38,285 nt of DNA from IMG/VR virus record IMGVR_UViG_3300033518_000151; one strand, given 5' to 3'. Below are positions 16,068 to 21,251 of this stretch, one piece after another. Within the stretch, counting starts at the first letter, position 1; the number at the start of each line of letters is the position of its first letter. The DNA comes from a virus. Made by a program: the position numbers and the translations under genes. The notes beneath the pieces are model-generated. The model was not told where the DNA came from. It searched no databases and saw nothing but the letters and a program-made list of their open reading frames with translations.

Positions 16068-16181
16068 GATGGTGTATTTATAGGGGGAAGGTAGAGAGTT
16101 CGATTCTCTTCAGGCTGTGTTAAGTCATGGGCTGTAGCTCAATGGTAGAGCATCCCTATAAGTACATCATCAATATTTTTT
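16068..16181 (+). ncRNA. Circularly permuted tRNA-like RNA (YrlA / Y-RNA-like architecture) with a built-in terminator.
   Basis: Hand-folded. Terminal stem 16068-16081 / 16158-16171 (14 bp, 2 G-U). AG bulge (16082-16083). Anticodon-stem equivalent 16084-16088 / 16153-16157. 5-nt variable loop 16089-16093. T-arm 16094-16098 / 16106-16110 with loop TTCGATT. Acceptor-like stem 16111-16119 / 16126-16134 (9 bp, one G-G mismatch) capped by hexaloop ttaagt. U8-A9 equivalents at 16135-16136. D-arm gctc/gagc with loop aatggta. A26 equivalent at 16152. A T6 run (16176-16181) follows the stem. Confidence 0.7.
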
Positions 16182-16194
16182 AAAGGAGGAAGCT

Positions 16195-16386
16195 ATGCAG
16201 TCAGTTGATAAAACTGTAGAACGACTGGTTGCACTCATCAAGCAAACAGTTCCTAAAGCCGAGATGGATGGACACGCTTGGTATGACGTAACCGACCAAG
16301 GACTAGAAGCAGAAGTCAAATTGCTTCGCTTGAAAGGTGCGTTAGCTGAGCATCCACTCGTTTCAACTTTGATTCGTTTTAACTAG
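16195..16386 (+). CDS. Hypothetical 63-aa protein on a compositionally atypical cassette.
   Basis: It has the only strong SD I noticed (aaggagg at 16183-16189, 5 nt before the ATG). It looks visibly GC-richer, with CGA/CTG/GCC/GAC/CGC codons that are rare elsewhere in the window. Confidence 0.6.
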   Translation: MQSVDKTVERLVALIKQTVPKAEMDGHAWYDVTDQGLEAEVKLLRLKGALAEHPLVSTLIRFN

Positions 16387-16430
16387 GAAGGGGGTGATTC
16401 AATCTTGGCAGATCGGAAATAGACGGTCAG

Positions 16431-16469
16431 GAAGTTATTAAGCAATCCTTAATAACTTCTTTCTTTTTT
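16431..16469 (+). terminator. Strong rho-independent terminator.
   Basis: Perfect 12-bp stem gaagttattaag/cttaataacttc, 5-nt loop, then tttcttttttt. The stem-loop contains the TAAGCAAT box (16439-16446). Confidence 0.8.
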
Positions 16470-16479
16470 AATACTCAGA

Positions 16480-16488
16480 ATGTTATAA
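16480..16488 (+). promoter_or_regulatory. Extended -10 promoter (TGtTATAAT).
   Basis: tgttataat lies 18 nt upstream of the ATG at 16507. Confidence 0.45.
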
Positions 16489-16506
16489 TTATAGAGTCAA
16501 AACAAC

Positions 16507-16605
16507 ATGCGCTGCACTCAATGTCATAAACAGAGAAAGACTAAGAAAGGTCTGTGCAAAACATGTCGTCAAGGCAGTTATGAAATCACAATACAAGAAA
16601 TCTAG
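16507..16605 (+). CDS. Zinc-ribbon micro-protein (32 aa).
   Basis: Hand-translated MRCTQCHKQRKTKKGLCKTCRQGSYEITIQEI (CxxC-N10-CxxC). Confidence 0.4.
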   Translation: MRCTQCHKQRKTKKGLCKTCRQGSYEITIQEI

Positions 16606-16735
16606 GTTATCAGTAACCTACATAATCATCTTGGTTTTAGTATTCATCTTCTCTTTGCTCTTAACACCTAAAACAGCTTCGTCTATGATAGTTGCTGAAG
16701 CTGAAGTGAATCCTAAAAGCCAAGCTCCGCTATGA
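16580..16735 (+). CDS. Signal-anchor micro-protein (51 aa), or the N-terminal part of a TGA-interrupted transglycosylase.
   Basis: Hand-translated MKSQYKKSRLSVTYIIILVLVFIFSLLLTPKTASSMIVAEAEVNPKSQAPL. It ends in TGA at 16733-16735 and is in the same frame as 16748-17107. Confidence 0.4.
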   Translation: MKSQYKKSRLSVTYIIILVLVFIFSLLLTPKTASSMIVAEAEVNPKSQAPL

Positions 16736-16747
16736 AGAGATCATGCA

Positions 16748-17107
16748 ATGGACTTAACTGAAGTCATTGCATATATTGAAACAGGTGGAAAAATGGACTG
16801 TGAGCTAACTGGCCTTTCTGGGGAAAAGGGTTGTTTTCAGTTCTTGCCTAGTACATGGGAAGCTTACTCAAAAGAAGTCTTAGGATATATAGCAGAGCAG
16901 ACACCAGAAAATGAGGTGATTATTGCTCATGGAAAAATCAAAAACTGGATTGAAAAAGGTTATACAGATAGAGAAATATTTTTAATATGGAATCAGGGAA
17001 ATTCTGGTCCTTGTAAGAGTGGAGTTAATAGACATGGAGTTCCTTATGACTCATGTGCTTATGCAGAAAAAGCCCTTATTTTAACCGGGAAAGTTATGCA
17101 CAGGTAA
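16748..17107 (+). CDS. Lytic transglycosylase (SLT-like) domain protein.
   Basis: Motif order IETGG (catalytic Glu), GCFQF (GLMQ-like), STW, IWNQG (AYNAG-like), YAEKAL. There is no signal peptide of its own. Confidence 0.55.
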   Translation: MDLTEVIAYIETGGKMDCELTGLSGEKGCFQFLPSTWEAYSKEVLGYIAEQTPENEVIIAHGKIKNWIEKGYTDREIFLIWNQGNSGPCKSGVNRHGVPYDSCAYAEKALILTGKVMHR

Positions 17108-17185
17108 ATATTTATGCACTTTACTTTTTTATAGTAAAAGAGTATAATTAAGGTATTACTAAGTTAAGCAATAAACAAAGGACAA
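17093..17185 (+). promoter_or_regulatory. Early promoter/leader cassette, copy 5.
   Basis: gttatgcacag(17093-17103, overlapping the end of the SLT gene), tttatgcac, tttact-N17-tataat, leader actaagttaagcaat, ATGACAAAA at 17186. Confidence 0.55.
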
Positions 17186-17461
17186 ATGACAAAAATTTCA
17201 CACTTTGAAAAAAATCAGTTTCTACAAAACATAAGTAGTGTTGAACTTACTTATGTTGTTGATTCTGAAAATAAAGAAATGAAAACGGGGGGTGGAGATA
17301 TGCTTCTATTAGGAAAGATTATATTTCAGAACGATATGATTGAACTTTCGTTTGATAAAATGCGTGATGATGTTCAGTTAACTTCTCAAGATTTAAGAGA
17401 TTTAGCAGAAAAGCTTATTCAGTGGGCAGACATGTCAGATTATTCAAATACAGCAATATGA
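17186..17461 (+). CDS. Hypothetical protein.
   Basis: 91-aa ORF. It ends in TGA within an ATGA overlap. Confidence 0.55.
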   Translation: MTKISHFEKNQFLQNISSVELTYVVDSENKEMKTGGGDMLLLGKIIFQNDMIELSFDKMRDDVQLTSQDLRDLAEKLIQWADMSDYSNTAI

Positions 17462-17775
17462 AAGACCTCGATAACACAACAGAACAAGTTGGTTCACTAA
17501 AGAAAAGAGAGCTTTGCTATAAGAAGCAACCTCACAATTTTGAGTTGATACTACCTGACTTTGTATCAAGAAAGAATCCTGATGCAACACCGGAACAAGT
17601 AGAAGCTTATTATCTAAGTGAACAAAGAATCAAGGACTTTCAAATGAATGAGGTAAGAGAGCTTGAAAAGTTGGGTGTATATACTCAGAACTGGAATGCA
17701 ATCAGACCTGTTTCAAAATACTATAAGTGTTCTGGTTGTGGTAAGAGAGAATACGATTTAAAAATTAAGAAATAA
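17458..17775 (+). CDS. Hypothetical protein with a C-terminal CxxC.
   Basis: The ATG at 17458 (ATGA overlap) is preferred to the track's GTG at 17422. 105 aa. Confidence 0.5.
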   Translation: MKDLDNTTEQVGSLKKRELCYKKQPHNFELILPDFVSRKNPDATPEQVEAYYLSEQRIKDFQMNEVRELEKLGVYTQNWNAIRPVSKYYKCSGCGKREYDLKIKK

Positions 17776-17780
17776 TATAT

Positions 17781-18044
17781 ATGTCAAAACTAATTTGCAC
17801 ATCATGTGGGTCCGTTAATAAAGTAAAGAGAGAGACAAGAGGAAGTTTTTTTATTGAGATCCTTCTCTGGTTATGTTTTATCTTTCCTGGTCTTATTTAC
17901 TCAATCTGGAGACTAACTACAAGATTCAATGCTTGTAAGGTATGTAACGGAAAAGAGCTTATTCCTGATGATTCAATTCTAGGTCGTAAATTGATGAAGG
18001 AATTAGAAGGTGAAGTTATCTCAAAGTATGAAAAAGCTCAATAA
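17781..18044 (+). CDS. LITAF/SIMPLE-like zinc-ribbon membrane protein.
   Basis: CTSC ... hydrophobic hairpin FFIEILLWLCFIFPGLIYSIW ... CKVC, the arrangement typical of LITAF-like domains. Confidence 0.5.
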   Translation: MSKLICTSCGSVNKVKRETRGSFFIEILLWLCFIFPGLIYSIWRLTTRFNACKVCNGKELIPDDSILGRKLMKELEGEVISKYEKAQ

Positions 18045-18468
18045 AATTACATTTTGGATATTCACAGCATTAACAGTTATATTCTGGGGACAGGGAGCTT
18101 CTTCATTCTTAGAATCATTTAAGCTTGGTGAGATCGCAAATTCAATTATTTCTTTATCTTGGGGAGTCTTAACAGCTCTCTGGGTAAAGGCTCTAGTTAT
18201 AACTTTAAAGCCTAGTGATGAAGATGAGTATAGTAATTCAGATTCAGGCATTACAACATTCACACCAGACTTCTATCAACCTAATGGAAGAATCAACACT
18301 GATAAGACTTTCAAACTAAGATTCGGAAAGTTCAGCGTTAAAGATGCTACATGGGACAAAGATAAGAAAGTTCATAAGTGCTGTGGAAGTAAGAAAGCAG
18401 TTAGACATCACATTAAGTGCAGATTCCTTGAAACAATAAGTTCAGATGATCTAAGCGATCTAAAATAA
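18028..18468 (+). CDS. Membrane protein (2 TM) with a basic Cys-containing C-terminal tail.
   Basis: The ATG at 18028 is preferred to the GTG at 18010. Hydrophobic segments ITFWIFTALTVIFWG and IISLSWGVLTALWVKALVI. Confidence 0.5.
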   Translation: MKKLNKITFWIFTALTVIFWGQGASSFLESFKLGEIANSIISLSWGVLTALWVKALVITLKPSDEDEYSNSDSGITTFTPDFYQPNGRINTDKTFKLRFGKFSVKDATWDKDKKVHKCCGSKKAVRHHIKCRFLETISSDDLSDLK

Positions 18469-18469
18469 T

Positions 18470-18658
18470 ATGGTAAAAAGAATCAAAGCTTATGCACTGA
18501 TAGAGAACGGAAAACTTTGCCACTATTACGCTTTACCTTTCATAGTGATGTCTAAGAGCCAAGCAGTAATCGAACGAGAATACTACAACAAGAATCTAGG
18601 GCATAAGATGAGTATTCAAAAATGTGTGATATTAGTAAACACTAAGCCTAAAAAATAG
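18470..18658 (+). CDS. Hypothetical small protein.
   Basis: 62-aa ORF, tightly packed. Confidence 0.45.
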   Translation: MVKRIKAYALIENGKLCHYYALPFIVMSKSQAVIEREYYNKNLGHKMSIQKCVILVNTKPKK

Positions 18659-18660
18659 TT

Positions 18661-18933
18661 ATGAGCAATATACAAAAAATTACTTCTTTAGTAAAAGAAA
18701 AAGAGAAGTTAGAAAGAATAGTTAAGATGATTGATGGAACTAAACACTGGACAAAGATAAGTGTCTCAGGTGAAGATGGAGCAGAGAATCGTTCAAGTTT
18801 TGAAATAGGTGGTCCAGGAGATAACGACAAAGCAAATCTAAACCTAGTAGAGCATTTACATGAAAACATAAGGATGCACTATAAAACAAGAATGAAAGAA
18901 GTTAATGAGCAGATTGAAAAGTTACTGAAATAG
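18661..18933 (+). CDS. Hypothetical small protein.
   Basis: 90-aa ORF. Confidence 0.5.
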   Translation: MSNIQKITSLVKEKEKLERIVKMIDGTKHWTKISVSGEDGAENRSSFEIGGPGDNDKANLNLVEHLHENIRMHYKTRMKEVNEQIEKLLK

Positions 18934-18935
18934 TT

Positions 18936-19202
18936 ATGCAATTTGAAATAAGAAAGAATCAATACGGTTACATGCAATTCCTTTGTCCTTTCTGTAATGA
19001 GTGGAAAGCACTAAGAACAAAAGTCATTCACTTATCATCAAAGGCTAGAAATGAGTCATTAAGGAAGGCAATTGATGAATTAGCTTCTACTCCTCACCTA
19101 GACTTCTATTTATCTAACACAAGAGAAATTGTGGTTACTAGAAGAGAATGGAATGAAGACTTTATTGAATCACACTGTAAGGACTTACTAAGGAAAGACT
19201 AG
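18936..19202 (+). CDS. Hypothetical small protein.
   Basis: 88-aa ORF; contains CPFC. Confidence 0.5.
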   Translation: MQFEIRKNQYGYMQFLCPFCNEWKALRTKVIHLSSKARNESLRKAIDELASTPHLDFYLSNTREIVVTRREWNEDFIESHCKDLLRKD

Positions 19203-19232
19203 GTTAGTTAAATAGCATAGAAAGGATAGATA

Positions 19233-19259
19233 CTAGCATAATACACTATGCTAGTTTTT
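19233..19259 (+). terminator. Rho-independent terminator closing the early/middle region.
   Basis: Perfect 8-bp stem ctagcata/tatgctag, 6-nt loop, T5. Confidence 0.75.
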
Positions 19260-19266
19260 ATTTGTC

Positions 19267-19281
19267 TGCTATCATTTAAGT
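19267..19281 (+). promoter_or_regulatory. Extended -10 promoter (TGcTATCAT) 6 nt upstream of the terS ATG; predicts a leaderless transcript.
   Basis: tg(19267-19268) c tatcat(19270-19275), N6, ATG at 19282. Confidence 0.55.
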
Positions 19282-19824
19282 ATGAAGAAGAAAACAGTGA
19301 TAAACAGTGAAGAGAACAGTGTTAAAGAAAAAGATAACACTGTAATCTCTGAAGCAAAGAAAAGACAGCTATCAGGATTGAAGCCTTTTAAGAAGGGGCA
19401 ATCAGGGAATCCTAAGGGAAGACCTCAAGGAATAATGGATTTTAGAAAGAGAGTAGAGCTATCTATTAAGTTCTTAGCTGAGCAGTATGTTGAGAAGCAC
19501 AACAAAGACCCTAAGAATAAGAACAACAAAATGAAGGTTGAAGATGTTGATATAATGGGAGACATCTTTGCTCAATACATGAATCTTGCAAGAAATGGAA
19601 ATCTTAAAGCTACAGACTCACTTTTTGATAGAGTCTATGGAAAGGCAAAACAAACAGTTGAGATCGGTGGAATCGGTGGAGGTGCTATATCTCATGAAGT
19701 TGAGATGTCGCTTGCAGAAGCCGACATCGATGCTTGGATGGAAGGCTGGACAAAGCCAGTAGATAATAAAAAAGATGATAATAAACCTAACACCAGAACA
19801 GAAGGAAGTAGTCAAGAAGAGTAA
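19282..19824 (+). CDS. terS: Terminase small subunit (DUF5681-type N-terminus).
   Basis: Motif LKPFKKGQSGNPKGRPQG. It lies immediately upstream of, and overlaps, the large-subunit gene. Confidence 0.6.
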   Translation: MKKKTVINSEENSVKEKDNTVISEAKKRQLSGLKPFKKGQSGNPKGRPQGIMDFRKRVELSIKFLAEQYVEKHNKDPKNKNNKMKVEDVDIMGDIFAQYMNLARNGNLKATDSLFDRVYGKAKQTVEIGGIGGGAISHEVEMSLAEADIDAWMEGWTKPVDNKKDDNKPNTRTEGSSQEE

Positions 19825-21223
19825 AGCCCATAAGATAGCTATTTCTAAAAAGTCTTTCTTTCACTTTCTTGGATATTACATGCGTCATAGGTTGGAGCTT
19901 CCACCTGCTCTTTTTCATAAGGAGATGCTTGATGCTTTGGATTCTATAGATGAGCTTAATAAGTACATCGCTATTGAAGGCTTCAGAGGTTCAGCTAAGT
20001 CTACAATCCTTGAAGCCTTTGCTATCTGGTCGCTTATCAATGGGCTTCATAACTTCATTGTTTATATAGGGGCAACAATTGATGCTGCTCAAATGAATCT
20101 CGCTAACATCCGAGATGAGATTGAGAATAACCTAGAGCTTCAGAAAGATTTTAATATTGTTCTTGAAGATAGTAATGCTCATAACTTTAGAGAGAAGTGG
20201 AGCGAAGGACAGATCACAATAGGTAACTGCACAATGATTGCAAAATCAAGAGGGCAGAAGATTCGTGGTTCTAAGTTTAAACAAGCTCGTATTGACTTAA
20301 TTATTGGAGACGATATTGAAGATGTGAAAGATGCAGATTCAGCTGAGAAGCGTAAAGCAACTAGAGTCTGGTTCTTTACTGAAGTTCTACCTGCAACAAA
20401 GCAAGGTGTCTTAGCTGATAATGTTAAAGTTGTTTTGATTGGTAACAAAGTTCATCGTGATTGTTTGCTTGAGCATCTTTCAAAGGGAGAGATTGTGAGA
20501 GTGCTTAAGTTCGCTCTTCTTGATGAAGATGGAAATATTACATGGCCTGGACTTTATCCTGATATGGATGCAGTCAACAGAGAGAAAGAAAAAGTCTTGC
20601 TTGCAGGTGAAGGATTGGGGCAAGTCATTTGGGCTAGAGAGTATCTCTTGAAGTCAGTTGATGAAGAAGACATGGTGCTTAAGCTTGATGATATTCAATA
20701 CTATGATGATGAGTGGCTACAGAGACAACCTGTTGCCTCAGGTGTTGGAGTCGACCCTGCTATCTCTAAAAAACAGACTGCTGACTATACTGGAATGGTT
20801 AAAGCTATGGATGTTAAGAATGATGATGGTGAAAGAAGGCTTTTGATTATGAAGAACAATGTTGAGAAGAGAATGGGATTTGCTGAGACTGTAAAGGAAG
20901 CTGTAGACATTGAAGAGATAATGCCACAAGGCTCAAAGTGGTATGTTGAAAAACAAGCTTATCAACAGGCTTTAGTTGAGATACTAGAAAAGAATGGTCT
21001 GACTGTTGTTCCTATGGTATCTACAGCTGATAAGAAAAGCCGTATATCTTCAGCATGTTTTTATATTAAGAGTGGAAGAGTTCTATTCCCTAAGACTGGA
21101 GCTGAGAATGTTATTAACAATCTTGTAGGATTCGGAATTGAAGATCATGACGACTTAGCTGATGCCTGTGCTAATGTGATTCTTGGAATTGTTAAGAAGG
21201 GTGGGGGTATACTGTTTGGATAA
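19775..21223 (+). CDS. terL: Terminase large subunit.
   Basis: 482 aa. Walker A-like GFRGSAKST, Walker B-like DLIIGDDIED, a C-terminal nuclease-like region with acidic residues. Followed by the portal gene. Confidence 0.8.
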   Translation: MIINLTPEQKEVVKKSKAHKIAISKKSFFHFLGYYMRHRLELPPALFHKEMLDALDSIDELNKYIAIEGFRGSAKSTILEAFAIWSLINGLHNFIVYIGATIDAAQMNLANIRDEIENNLELQKDFNIVLEDSNAHNFREKWSEGQITIGNCTMIAKSRGQKIRGSKFKQARIDLIIGDDIEDVKDADSAEKRKATRVWFFTEVLPATKQGVLADNVKVVLIGNKVHRDCLLEHLSKGEIVRVLKFALLDEDGNITWPGLYPDMDAVNREKEKVLLAGEGLGQVIWAREYLLKSVDEEDMVLKLDDIQYYDDEWLQRQPVASGVGVDPAISKKQTADYTGMVKAMDVKNDDGERRLLIMKNNVEKRMGFAETVKEAVDIEEIMPQGSKWYVEKQAYQQALVEILEKNGLTVVPMVSTADKKSRISSACFYIKSGRVLFPKTGAENVINNLVGFGIEDHDDLADACANVILGIVKKGGGILFG

Positions 21224-21239
21224 ACATTGTTTTGTGTTG

Positions 21240-21251
21240 TATAATAAACAC
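21240..21251 (+). promoter_or_regulatory. Consensus -10 (TATAAT) 6 nt upstream of the portal ATG; predicts a leaderless transcript.
   Basis: tataat(21240-21245), N6, ATG at 21252. The preceding TG is adjacent to the hexamer (ttgtataat), not in the canonical TGn position. Confidence 0.45.

Noticed and set aside
16084-16157. The tRNA halves interpreted as a phage attP site or as remnants of a canonical tRNA gene.
   Set aside because: No integrase or recombinase is present anywhere in the genome. An attP would carry only the 3' part of a tRNA. The two halves are in reversed order, yet they are mutually complementary with exact tRNA spacing and are extended by a 14-bp terminal stem plus a U-run. 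That argues for a deliberately permuted, self-contained RNA rather than debris. Degraded tandem tRNAs remain a formal alternative (see the finding).
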